Below are positions 42,801-50,626 of a stretch of DNA of 64,000 nt, piece by piece. The notes beneath the pieces are model-generated. The model was not told where the DNA came from and searched no databases. It worked only from the letters and a program-made list of their open reading frames with translations. Source of the stretch: Bryobacteraceae bacterium (GTDB taxonomy: Bacteria > Acidobacteriota > Terriglobia > Bryobacterales > Bryobacteraceae). Location: contig DASZLO010000103.1 in the NCBI GenBank assembly GCA_035552315.1, forward strand, positions 4,255-68,254, in the 5' to 3' direction. The position numbers and the translations under genes were made by a program. Each line of letters opens with the position of its first letter. Position 1 is the stretch's first letter.

Positions 42801-43327
42801 ATGCGGTTGAAGCGCGGGTCGCCCGCTGCGACAACGTTCGAGGAGAGCTTGGCCATCAGAAACGGATTGCGTCCGAGATTGGGCAGGTCGATGAGTTTCT
42901 GCGAATCGAGCACCTGGCCGTTGGAGGCGTTGGACGTCTCGATGAGGGGAACCTCTTCCGTCACCTGTACGCTGCTGGTGATTTCACCGATCTCCATCTT
43001 CAGGTCGACGGTGAGAAATTCAGCGGTGGCGACGATGACGCCTTTCTTGTCGAGCTTCTTGAATCCGGTTGCCTCGACTTCGAGGGTGTAAGTGGAGGGA
43101 TCCACCTGGGAGAAGACGTATTCGCCTCCGGCATTTGAGACCGTCGACCGCGTTACTTGCGTGGCCTCGTTAACCAGATTCACCTTGGCGTTGGCCATAA
43201 CAGCCCCGCCGGAATCCTGAACGAGTCCGCGGACGCCACCCAGAAATGACTGCGCAGAGAGAGCGGAGACGCTCAAAAGCCCGCACACGGCCGCAAGAAG
43301 GAAACGATGGAAAAACTTTGACGTCAT
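39833..43327 (-). CDS. TonB-dependent outer-membrane receptor with CarboxypepD_reg-like N-domain
   Basis: 1164 aa. Signal peptide MTSKFFHRFLLAAVCGLLSVSALSAQS. The N-domain GGVRGLVQDSGGAVMANAKVNLVNEATQVTRSTVSNAGGEYVFSQVDPSTYTLEVEATGF is typical of acidobacterial TonB-dependent receptors. The barrel ends …LQLGVRFFF with a terminal Phe. Confidence 0.92.
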   Translation of the reverse strand: MTSKFFHRFLLAAVCGLLSVSALSAQSFLGGVRGLVQDSGGAVMANAKVNLVNEATQVTRSTVSNAGGEYVFSQVDPSTYTLEVEATGFKKLDKKGVIVATAEFLTVDLKMEIGEITSSVQVTEEVPLIETSNASNGQVLDSQKLIDLPNLGRNPFLMAKLSSNVVAAGDPRFNRMQDQSGSSQISVVGGPVRGNNYLIDGVPITDSTNRAIIIPSIEAVQEMKLQAGVYDATMGRTGGGVFNTLLYSGGNQFHGALFGSTRQTDWVANNFFYNAKGTPRPPTQYYNWGGSFGGPVWIPKVYDGKNKTFFWVATESYRQDSPLADPYALPTTLEAAGNYSQSSAVIYDPMSSRACVAADNCPSGVTTVRMPFAGNIIPPTMINPVGRAIIGYLPTAAPGSGKTDSINYTGTDTLKDRADQYTAKLDHTLFAWWKVSASYLHYKSREPGGNTLGTLPGASGNGPYLLYRKADATAVNSTMTLNPTTVLVLRYGFNRFPNSTAGISLGFPESSLGLPASFTSAIQAQYFPTLTLLNNTISSTSPTYSVFSSKNFSAAVSKFIGKQSISMGFDFRQIHTDFTSLSGAGGTFAFNGVFSREYPSQTNGTGADFADLLMGYPSSGSVTTTTKFYDFVRYYSGYVQDDIRLTSKLTINAGIRYEYETGLGENNNAIAVGFNQTQVNPIAAGVTGVVPYGVIEYAGQNNYPTTCCNVPKTKFGPRAGFAFQLMPKTTIRGGWGIFYAPTIFSTDATIAPGYTQATTYVASNNGNSTPANSLSNPFPSGVLQPVGNTLGPLTAIGSTFNFLNQNRTAGIVNQFSFDVQQELPFGVALEVAYIGSRSNHLQPSPTGNGNMNINQLAPGYLSMGSALNTAVANPFFGHGGTGVVGSATVSQAQLLLPFPEYSTIGEVTNPSKAQYDSMIVKAQKRLSKGLTFLSTFTWSKNEDNEWGSGGSNAFNTFSGSTPPSQPQNYYNLAAEWALASAHTPLRFTNTFSYQLPFGTGKQYLSSNKFLDYAVGGWQLNATAVYQTGFPLFIYQQNLNSVIGTGEQRPNATGVSPATSGSVEQRINSYINPAAFSQAPAFTFGNVSRSINLLGPGSKNWDASMLKNFKIKERLTGQFRVEALNVFNSPIFANPNTQFGTASFGKITYQSNLPRQLQLGVRFFF

Positions 43328-43794
43328 AACAAACCTCGCCTTTCAAGATGTCGATTCTTTGGTTTGCCGACGAGGCACGAAAATCAGGGGACTTTCGGAT
43401 GAGACACTTCACAGCGGCACGCGCCATCCACGCTCCAGGACTGAAAGACGGACGCGCCTCACATGGGTGCGAAGCGGACTTTACGGCATTACAGCAGTCT
43501 TACAGTTCAAAAGCCAATAGAACTTGATAGTCAAGGCGATTCAAAACTTCTATATGACCGGGTGAAAAACGCCGCTGCGGGGGCAGCCCCGCTTGACGAT
43601 CATCCGCATTGACTTGACCGCCGAGTTACGATACGGTTATCAATGAGCATCGCCCGTCCGGTGCTCTCGGTCCTTCTCTCCCCTGTCCGGAGAATCCATT
43701 TAAAAGATTCAGAATTGCGCATCTGCGGCACTTGCCACAGTTGCGGCCATTCCAAACCCACGGGCGCGGTTGACTTCTTTAAGGAGATCGAAAA

Positions 43795-44940
43795 ATGAAA
43801 CTTAACTCGATGCAGGAACAGGATTTATTAAGCCGCGGTATTTCCCGGCGTTCGTTTGGCATGATCGCGAGCATGCTTTCAGCCGGCGCAACGCTGCCTC
43901 TCTTCAGCGAGAGCGCGTATGCCCAGGCCGCACGAATGGAAGGGCCGCCGCCCGCTGGCGCCGTGATGATCAATGCCAACGAGAATCCGATGGGTCCCTG
44001 CAAAGAGGGTCTTGAAGCGCTGTATAAGATGGCGCAGATCGGTGGCCGGTATCGTTACGACCAGATCGATCTGGTGCAGAAGATTCTTTCCGAACAGGAA
44101 GGCGTAAAGAACGATTACGTCCGGATCACGTATGGATCGAGCCCGCCTCTCCATCAGTCGGTGCTTGCCTTCACCTCGCCCAGCCGTCCGCTGATTATGG
44201 CCGACCCGAGCTACGAGTCCGCCGCGGGCGCCGCGAAGGTTGTGGGCGCGAAGGTTATCCGCGTTCCGCTCACGAAGGACTACCAGCATGACGTGAAAGC
44301 GATGGCTGCCGCCGATTCGAATGCCGGCCTGATTTACATCGTCAATCCGAACAATCCCACCGGCACGCTGACGCCGAAGGCCGATATCGAATGGCTCGTC
44401 GCCAACAAGCCCAAGGGTTCTGTGGTGATGATCGATGAGGCTTACACTCATCTCTCGGGCGCTCCATTCAATTCCGACCTGGTGGCGGCAGACAAGGACG
44501 TTATCCTGCTCCGCACCTTCTCGAAGATCTACGGCATGGCCGGATTGCGCGCGGGTGCCATCATTGCCCGTCCGGACATTATTGCCAAACAGTCGAACTT
44601 CAGCTCGACCGGCATGATGCCGACCACCGCTATGGCCTGCGCTGCCGCCAGCCTTCAGGTGAAGAACCTGGTTCCGGAACGGCGCAAAGCCATCGCGGCG
44701 ATCCGCGACAACACTTTCGAATACCTTGGCAAGAACAACTTCCATTACGTTCCCTCCGTCTCGAACTGCTTTATGGTGGATGTAAAGCGGCCCGCGATGG
44801 ACATCGTGATGGCGCTGCGCAAGGAAAACGTTTACATCGGCCGTGTGTGGCCGGCATGGCCCACTCACGTTCGGGTCACGGTCGGCACGCAGGACGAGAT
44901 GAACAAGTTCAAAGCCGCCTTCAGCAAAGTAATGGCCTAG
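43795..44940 (+). CDS. Class I/II PLP-dependent aminotransferase (HisC-like) with twin-arginine signal peptide
   Basis: 381 aa, with an AAGGAG RBS 9 nt upstream. Tat motif ISRRSFGM followed by a hydrophobic region and AYA-QA. PLP-lysine motif TFSKIYGMAGLRAGA. Confidence 0.88.
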   Translation: MKLNSMQEQDLLSRGISRRSFGMIASMLSAGATLPLFSESAYAQAARMEGPPPAGAVMINANENPMGPCKEGLEALYKMAQIGGRYRYDQIDLVQKILSEQEGVKNDYVRITYGSSPPLHQSVLAFTSPSRPLIMADPSYESAAGAAKVVGAKVIRVPLTKDYQHDVKAMAAADSNAGLIYIVNPNNPTGTLTPKADIEWLVANKPKGSVVMIDEAYTHLSGAPFNSDLVAADKDVILLRTFSKIYGMAGLRAGAIIARPDIIAKQSNFSSTGMMPTTAMACAAASLQVKNLVPERRKAIAAIRDNTFEYLGKNNFHYVPSVSNCFMVDVKRPAMDIVMALRKENVYIGRVWPAWPTHVRVTVGTQDEMNKFKAAFSKVMA

Positions 44941-44980
44941 GCTGCGCGCATTACCCGCGGCTGATTTGTGACTCTCCCTT

Positions 44981-45025
44981 TTCCGCCGCTCGGTGCATCC
45001 CGCGCCGGGCGGCGGAAGTATTTTG
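44981..45025 (+). terminator. Intrinsic terminator after the aminotransferase gene
   Basis: TTCCGCCGC (44981-44989) pairs with GCGGCGGAA (45009-45017). The stem extends inward through CGG/CCG and GC/GC pairs to a 5-nt loop, and is followed by GTATTTTG. Confidence 0.6.
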
Positions 45026-45032
45026 TTAGGGC

Positions 45033-45758
45033 TTAGCGGACCACCATCAACAGGCCCGAAACCGCCACAAGCCCCACGATGATGTAGCGTAGCTGGTTGA
45101 ACGGCATGTTACGTCCCACTCTTTGCCCGGCGTAGACGCCCAGCAGGCCGAAGGGCACCATAATCAAAGCCGAGCGCAGTGTTAGGCCGTCGAACCGGCT
45201 TACTGCTATCAGACCAATGATGCGCACGATTGCGTTAATCAGAAGCACCGGCGGAGTTAGTCTGGTAATTTCCGATTGTTTTCCCTGGATAGTCAGCATC
45301 AGCGCGACGAAGGGCCCAGGCACTCCGCTGACCGGCGAGATAACTCCGACCAGAAAACCAACCGCGGTGAAGTATCCGCCCGGGATAGTAGGCAGAGTAC
45401 GCCGGGAAAAGAAGACGATAACTACCAGAGTCAGTAATATGACCGAGCCGGTAAGATGACGAACCACCTTGTCGTTCAGGGTTACGAAGAGCGAACCCAC
45501 GAGAATACCGGCAGTCAGGGCCCCCACGACGCGCCAGTAAGCGCGGGGTATATCGATGATGTCGCGATTGAGCCAGCACAGGTAGCCGTTGCCCACCAGA
45601 TCGAGGACAGCGGAAACGGCGAGCGCCATCGCAGCCGTCCACACCATCGAAGCAAAAGGAACAAAGATTACGGCGCTGCCCAGACCCGTGAGGCCTCTGA
45701 TGGCATTGGCGAAAATCGCAACAACAGCCAGGAGGGCATAGGTCAGGGGGCTGGCCAC
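45033..45758 (-). CDS. TauE/SafE (TSUP) family anion exporter
   Basis: 241 aa with GTG start. About 7-8 TM helices with the internal duplication typical of TSUP proteins. 16-nt overlap with the upstream dehydrogenase gene. Confidence 0.75.
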   Translation of the reverse strand: MASPLTYALLAVVAIFANAIRGLTGLGSAVIFVPFASMVWTAAMALAVSAVLDLVGNGYLCWLNRDIIDIPRAYWRVVGALTAGILVGSLFVTLNDKVVRHLTGSVILLTLVVIVFFSRRTLPTIPGGYFTAVGFLVGVISPVSGVPGPFVALMLTIQGKQSEITRLTPPVLLINAIVRIIGLIAVSRFDGLTLRSALIMVPFGLLGVYAGQRVGRNMPFNQLRYIIVGLVAVSGLLMVVR

Positions 45759-46684
45759 AAGGGCGCTCCTCCGGAGAGAACGCGCTCGACATCGTTCAAT
45801 ACGGTAAAGAAAACCTGTTTCTGCGCCGCCGAGGTAAAAGCCGCGATGTGCGGTGAAAGGCGGACATTAGGCAGGTCGCGGAATAACGAATCTTTTGGGG
45901 GTTCCTCGCGGCGCACGTCCAGTACGGCCGTGACGTCCGGGCGGCTGCGCAGGAACGATTCCATTTCCGGCTCCTGAATCACTTCGCCGCGCGACGAATT
46001 GATCAGCACCGAATGCTGCCGCATCGACTGCAGCAATTCAAGCCCAATGAAGCCGCGGGTCGATTCTGTCAGCGGCACGTGCACGGATACGATGTCGGCG
46101 CCGGAAAAAAGCTCGGAGAGCGGCACCGTCGTGCAGTTGGCGGGAACGCTCGCGGGAAACTCGGTGGAAACCAGAATCCGGGTACCGAAGGGGCTGAGGA
46201 TGGCGGCAAGCCGTGCGCCGATTCTGCCGAAACCAACGATGCCCAAAGTAAGTTCCGATAACTCGCGGCCCACGAAGGCCAGACGGTTCCATTGTCCGGC
46301 GATCGTACTGAGGTGGGCGCCGGAGAGATGTCTGGTCACCTCAAGTATCTGGCCCAGTACGAACTGCGCCACGGATTCCGTGTTGGAGTCCGGCGCATAT
46401 ACGACAGCTATGCCAGCCTTTCTGGCCGCTGGCACGTCAATGTTATCGAGTCCGGCGCCTAAGCGTCCGATCATCCGGACCGAGGTTGACTCGCGGAGCC
46501 GTTCGATGAGAGCCCCATTCACCTTCGTCACGTTTCTGACGACTAAGGCGTCTTTGTTGGCAGCGCGCTGGATTAAGTCATCCGGCCGGGTGGCCAGGGC
46601 AGCATCTACTTCGATGTCCAGTTGCGGGTTGTTGTATCCAAACAGCTCCGCCACTTCAGTTATTAAGACACGATGGTTCGTCAC
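45743..46684 (-). CDS. D-isomer-specific 2-hydroxyacid dehydrogenase (PGDH-like)
   Basis: 313 aa with GTG start. NAD-binding motif LGIVGFGRIGARLA. Catalytic-region motifs NSSRGEVI and LSPHIAAFT. Confidence 0.85.
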   Translation of the reverse strand: MTNHRVLITEVAELFGYNNPQLDIEVDAALATRPDDLIQRAANKDALVVRNVTKVNGALIERLRESTSVRMIGRLGAGLDNIDVPAARKAGIAVVYAPDSNTESVAQFVLGQILEVTRHLSGAHLSTIAGQWNRLAFVGRELSELTLGIVGFGRIGARLAAILSPFGTRILVSTEFPASVPANCTTVPLSELFSGADIVSVHVPLTESTRGFIGLELLQSMRQHSVLINSSRGEVIQEPEMESFLRSRPDVTAVLDVRREEPPKDSLFRDLPNVRLSPHIAAFTSAAQKQVFFTVLNDVERVLSGGAPLWPAP

Positions 46685-46791
46685 TCGTATCTAAGAGATT
46701 ATACGCGGTGCCAATCGCCGCCGTCCACTTACTCTCGTGTCCCGGCGCAAAATCGGAAATTGCCTGCCTGGCCTTAAACGGCGATCGGGAT

Positions 46792-47577
46792 CTACCTGGT
46801 GGTTACGCGCCGGCCCAGAATCATCTTCACCATCAGGTGATCTGTCGCGGCGGTCACCCCGACCCCGACCCCGAAGTTGAACTCCCACTTGGGGCTCAGA
46901 TTGAGATCTGTTACCGCAAAGAGTTGCTGTTGCTGGTCGTGTACGGGATCGAAGCTGTTCAGAGGGCCCACCGCTCCGTAGTATTCAAACCCCACATTCA
47001 CCTGCTTGGTAACGTCATAACCGACTTTGACGTTGGGGGAGAAATTCAGGCCGCCGTCCACGCCGGGCCCATGGAAGGAACGGTCGAAGGTCGGGTTAAA
47101 ATCCAGATACCACTTGCCCAGCGTTTTGTCTATGATCGGCCGTATCTCCAGCGTCCACGTGTCCGGCGAATATGCCGCCCGCTGGTATCCGATTTCCATC
47201 GAGAGGCTCAGACCCACCGGCCAGTTCCATTCCTTCGGAACGGCGACACGCGGCCGGATGTGATCGCCTACCCACTGATAACCGGCGCGACTGTCAGCGC
47301 TGGTAAAAATGTAAAAACCAAGCTCGAACCAGTCAGTGAAGCCGTGCGTGATTTCCACGGTTTCGTGCAACTGATGTTCGGTGGGGTAGGAGCCGTCGTC
47401 CGTCGTCTTGCTGCCCTGGAAGGTGAAATTGCTGTGCAACTCAAACATCGTGGCGCCCGGATCCACCAGCTCGGAACCGTATACCTGAATTTCATAATTA
47501 CCCTGCGCCCGAAGGCTCGCGGGCAGAGCGATACCGAGAGCGGCAATCGCCAATAAGAAAAAAAATCGGTTTATCAC
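46792..47577 (-). CDS. Putative outer-membrane beta-barrel protein
   Basis: 261 aa with GTG start. Signal peptide MINRFFFLLAIAALGIALPASLRAQG. Alternating-polarity strands with aromatic girdle residues (…WFELGFYIFT…, …VGLSLSMEIGYQ…, …NVGFEYYGAVG…). GTGA overlap with the upstream glycosyltransferase gene. Confidence 0.65.
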   Translation of the reverse strand: MINRFFFLLAIAALGIALPASLRAQGNYEIQVYGSELVDPGATMFELHSNFTFQGSKTTDDGSYPTEHQLHETVEITHGFTDWFELGFYIFTSADSRAGYQWVGDHIRPRVAVPKEWNWPVGLSLSMEIGYQRAAYSPDTWTLEIRPIIDKTLGKWYLDFNPTFDRSFHGPGVDGGLNFSPNVKVGYDVTKQVNVGFEYYGAVGPLNSFDPVHDQQQQLFAVTDLNLSPKWEFNFGVGVGVTAATDHLMVKMILGRRVTTR

Positions 47578-48716
47578 GCCGGGTGCCTCTCCAGAATAGT
47601 TTCCAATATATCGGGAATCTCGAATACCGCCCGGTTTTTCTGTAGACTTACCTGCTTCACAAAGACGCTCCTCAGACTTGGATCCAGCATTTTATGCACG
47701 GCGTCCCCGATTTCGTGCCTGAAACCTCGCAGAGCAATCCCGACCCCCTGCTCGGTGACCCAGTCGGCGTTAAAACGTTCCTGCGGCAGTGTCCAGTTAT
47801 TTCGTTCAATGATAACCGGTAAGCCCATGGCGACCGCTTCGCTGATGCTGCCCGGCCCCGGCTTGCCGATAAAAAAGTCCGACAGCCGCATGAACCGGGG
47901 AACCTCGGGCGTGAATCCTTCCACATGCAGTGGAATGCGGCGGGGCATGGCGCGCAGCGCGGCCTCGATCTTTTTGCCCTTCCCGCAGACAGCAATGATC
48001 TGCAGTTTCATGCCGCTCCGGTCCAGGTCGCGCGCAATCTGCAGCATCGCCGGGGAACCTTCGCCGCCGAACATCATGAAGGCAGTCGGCAGATCCGGTT
48101 CGAGCCCCAGCGCCTTGCGGTCAGGCCCCAGGTCCACAGTCACCGGCTCGTAAAACCTGGGGTTCAGAATCATTCCGGATGTCCTGTAAACCATCTCCGG
48201 CGCGTGGCCGGATTCCATGGCCTGCTTGTAAGCCCGATCGGTTCCGCAGATCAGATACTGGCGCTGCCGCTCGATCCAGAAGTGCGGCGGGTAATCCGCC
48301 ATATCCGTCAGGATGGTGACCATGGGCCGGCCCGGCAGCGCAACTTTCATCGCGTCGTAGAGCGCGCGATTGAAATTCGGGATGAAAGAAATCACCATAT
48401 CCAGCGGGCGATCCTTCCAGTAGGCGGTAAGCAGCTTGACCTGCGTGGGATGCAAAACCTGGATCACGCCATGCATCCCTTTCAACAAAGTGGGCGACCC
48501 CAGTGTCCAGCCGCGCCGCAGCACCAGATTGTAAATATCCTGCAGCCGGATGCCCGTGATCTTGCGGAAGACATCCATCTCGTCGAGAAGTTCCTGAAGG
48601 TTCATCATCTGCATCTGCCAGGGCCGCTGTTGCACTCGCGCAACCTCAGACAGAGCATTAGCGGCGCTCCGATGGCCGCCGCCGGCATCGAAGAACACCA
48701 GTTCAAGCGTCTTCAT
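47574..48716 (-). CDS. MGDG-synthase-like (GT28) glycolipid glycosyltransferase
   Basis: Track ORF is 47574..48827; start moved to ATG 48716 (MKTLELVFFDAGGGHRSAANAL, the typical MGDG_synth N-terminal motif). Confidence 0.8.
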   Translation of the reverse strand: MKTLELVFFDAGGGHRSAANALSEVARVQQRPWQMQMMNLQELLDEMDVFRKITGIRLQDIYNLVLRRGWTLGSPTLLKGMHGVIQVLHPTQVKLLTAYWKDRPLDMVISFIPNFNRALYDAMKVALPGRPMVTILTDMADYPPHFWIERQRQYLICGTDRAYKQAMESGHAPEMVYRTSGMILNPRFYEPVTVDLGPDRKALGLEPDLPTAFMMFGGEGSPAMLQIARDLDRSGMKLQIIAVCGKGKKIEAALRAMPRRIPLHVEGFTPEVPRFMRLSDFFIGKPGPGSISEAVAMGLPVIIERNNWTLPQERFNADWVTEQGVGIALRGFRHEIGDAVHKMLDPSLRSVFVKQVSLQKNRAVFEIPDILETILERHPA

Positions 48717-48795
48717 TCCTACCGATTCTTGCATGGCCCTTTGGTTTGCAACGGCTTTGTAACCGTACAATCGAAGAGGAAGTGTTTCACGATTT

Positions 48796-49317
48796 ATGAT
48801 CCGGCGCATTGCAGCGGGTGATCGCAAAATAATGCTCCACGTGAATCAGTGGATGGCGCCGAAGTGGATTCGCGCCTGGATGCTGGGCGCCTCCCGCGCC
48901 GGAGACGGCTGGCTTTGGATCGCGCTCGGTCTGATGCTCCTGCTGCTGGGCGGTGAACGCCGCTTCGAAGCTCTCGCCGCCGGGCTGCTCTCGGTGGGTG
49001 CTGGACTGGCGACATTTTTCGTTTTGAAGCGCGTTACCGGGCGTGAGAGGCCCTGCGCCATCGAGGCCCATTGCTGGTCGAGTCTGCTGCCGCCCGACCG
49101 TTATTCATTTCCTTCAGGGCACACGATCACGGCGTTCGCGGTCGCCGTGCCGTTCGGCCTGATCTACCCTTCGCTTCTGGGAGGCCTGCTGTTTTGCGCG
49201 GCCAGCATCGCCGCGTCCCGCGTTGTGCTTGGCCTGCATTATCTGAGCGACGTGCTGGCCGGACTGGCGATTGGCGCCGGTCTCGGTCTGGCTGCATACT
49301 TATTGGTGATGTCATGA
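48796..49317 (+). CDS. PAP2-family lipid phosphatase
   Basis: 173 aa. All three motifs are present: KRVTGRERP (Kx6RP), PSGHTITAF and SRVVLGLHYLSD (SRx5Hx3D). Confidence 0.85.
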   Translation: MIRRIAAGDRKIMLHVNQWMAPKWIRAWMLGASRAGDGWLWIALGLMLLLLGGERRFEALAAGLLSVGAGLATFFVLKRVTGRERPCAIEAHCWSSLLPPDRYSFPSGHTITAFAVAVPFGLIYPSLLGGLLFCAASIAASRVVLGLHYLSDVLAGLAIGAGLGLAAYLLVMS

Positions 49318-49916
49318 AACCGGGTCCCATGAAAAGAACTCTCATTTCTCTTCTCTTCATTTTCCTGGCGGGCTCTGCCGTGGCAGCGGACAAAAAACCG
49401 CCGCAGGGGCAGGGTGATAACGACGCCGTCACCGTCAACGCCACAATTCTTTCGCTGGACCAGATCCGGCAGGAATTCGGATCGAGCTTTGGCGGCAACT
49501 TTACCGCTCTCGAAGTCCGCCTGACACCCAAGGGCGGGAAACCCTATGAAGTTCGTCTCGACGATTTCATCCTGCGTTCGCAGTCCGACGGCGATCATAG
49601 CGGGCCTCTGGCGGCCGCGCAGGTTGTCGATACCGGCGCACTTGTAATCCAGCAGACTTTCGCTCCCCGGTCGAGCGCGGAAATGCCCAAAATGGTCGCC
49701 GGAACCAAGGTGGAAATGAAAGACGACCTGGGCCAGAGCAATTCCGCTACGCCCGGCGCTCTGGAGGCATTGAAGAAAAGGATGCTCGAGGAAAAGACCA
49801 TCACCGAGCCTGAGACCGGCGTGCTGTTTTTCCCTCTGGCCGCCAAAGAAAAGGCGAAGAATCTGGTCCTGAGTTATGCCTCGCCCGGCGGCAAAATGCG
49901 CATCCAGTTTAAATAG
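49314..49916 (+). CDS. Hypothetical exported protein
   Basis: In-frame distal part of track ORF 49071..49916. ATG 49314 overlaps the PAP2 stop (ATGA). Signal peptide MKPGPMKRTLISLLFIFLAGSAVAADKKPP. Confidence 0.65.
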   Translation: MKPGPMKRTLISLLFIFLAGSAVAADKKPPQGQGDNDAVTVNATILSLDQIRQEFGSSFGGNFTALEVRLTPKGGKPYEVRLDDFILRSQSDGDHSGPLAAAQVVDTGALVIQQTFAPRSSAEMPKMVAGTKVEMKDDLGQSNSATPGALEALKKRMLEEKTITEPETGVLFFPLAAKEKAKNLVLSYASPGGKMRIQFK

Positions 49917-49927
49917 AATTCAAAACG

Positions 49928-49965
49928 AAAAAGGCGGGATGTCTGGCTCAAGCCATCCCGCCTTT
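49928..49965. terminator. Bidirectional intrinsic terminator between convergent genes
   Basis: Stem GGCGGGATG (49933-49941) pairs perfectly with CATCCCGCC (49954-49962). It is flanked by AAAAA upstream and TTT downstream, so the minus-strand transcript of the 100-aa gene sees a hairpin followed by UUUUUCGUUUUG. Confidence 0.75.
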
Positions 49966-49996
49966 CCGATTTGAACGTCCCGCAGTTTAAAGCAGT

Positions 49997-50299
49997 CTAC
50001 ATCTTGACGGAATCGACGTGGACGGTATCGCCCTTCATCGTTCCCGAGATTGTGACCTTGTGCCCGAAGTGGCCCTTCACCGCGTCCTGGTTGTCGATCT
50101 TGTAGACTTTGTCGCCCGCTACGAATACGGCAGCGGCGCCGCCCTTGGCGCATTTGTCCACGCACTCTTTATCATCGGCCGTCATCGCCGCGTGCTTGGC
50201 TCCGCAGTGTTCGTCGGAGATGACTCCCGTCCACGTAGCCGCGAATGCGCCCACGGAGAATAGCGAAAGGAATAAACCTGCTGCTGCGATTTTTTTCAT
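49997..50299 (-). CDS. Small exported Cys/His-containing protein (100 aa)
   Basis: A strong RBS (GAAGGAG) lies 7 nt upstream of the ATG. Signal peptide MKKIAAAGLFLSLFSVGAFA. The mature part has HCGAKH…ECVDKC. Followed by a clean hairpin terminator. Confidence 0.75.
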   Translation of the reverse strand: MKKIAAAGLFLSLFSVGAFAATWTGVISDEHCGAKHAAMTADDKECVDKCAKGGAAAVFVAGDKVYKIDNQDAVKGHFGHKVTISGTMKGDTVHVDSVKM

Positions 50300-50626
50300 T
50301 GAGAACTCCTTCTAGGCCACAGTACTTGACCACTCTTGCAAATGCAACGGCAAATGCCGCTCCTGGAAGCCGCGGAAGGTCCCCCCGTCAGCGTCCCGTC
50401 TCCTCTCATGTCCGGGCCGGACAGGAAGGTCTTGAAGGCTCATAGAGATAAGGGAACCGTAATGCGGAATTGCAGGCAAAGCAAACTGTGATTCTTCGTA
50501 CATCGATGATTCCCGTCGCGCGACGGAAATTCCGCCGGCCAGAAGCTCAGGCAGAGAAACATGCGCGTGTGATGCCGCAAATCACCGGCGGTAGGCGATT
50601 CCGAGGCGTCAGGCTACAATTGCTGG

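Noticed and set aside
50338-50362. Sigma-54-like GGCA…TTGCA element on the minus strand upstream of the 100-aa gene
   Set aside because: The GG-to-GC spacing is 11 nt instead of the 10 required by the -24/-12 consensus, and the -24 TGGCAC is incomplete.
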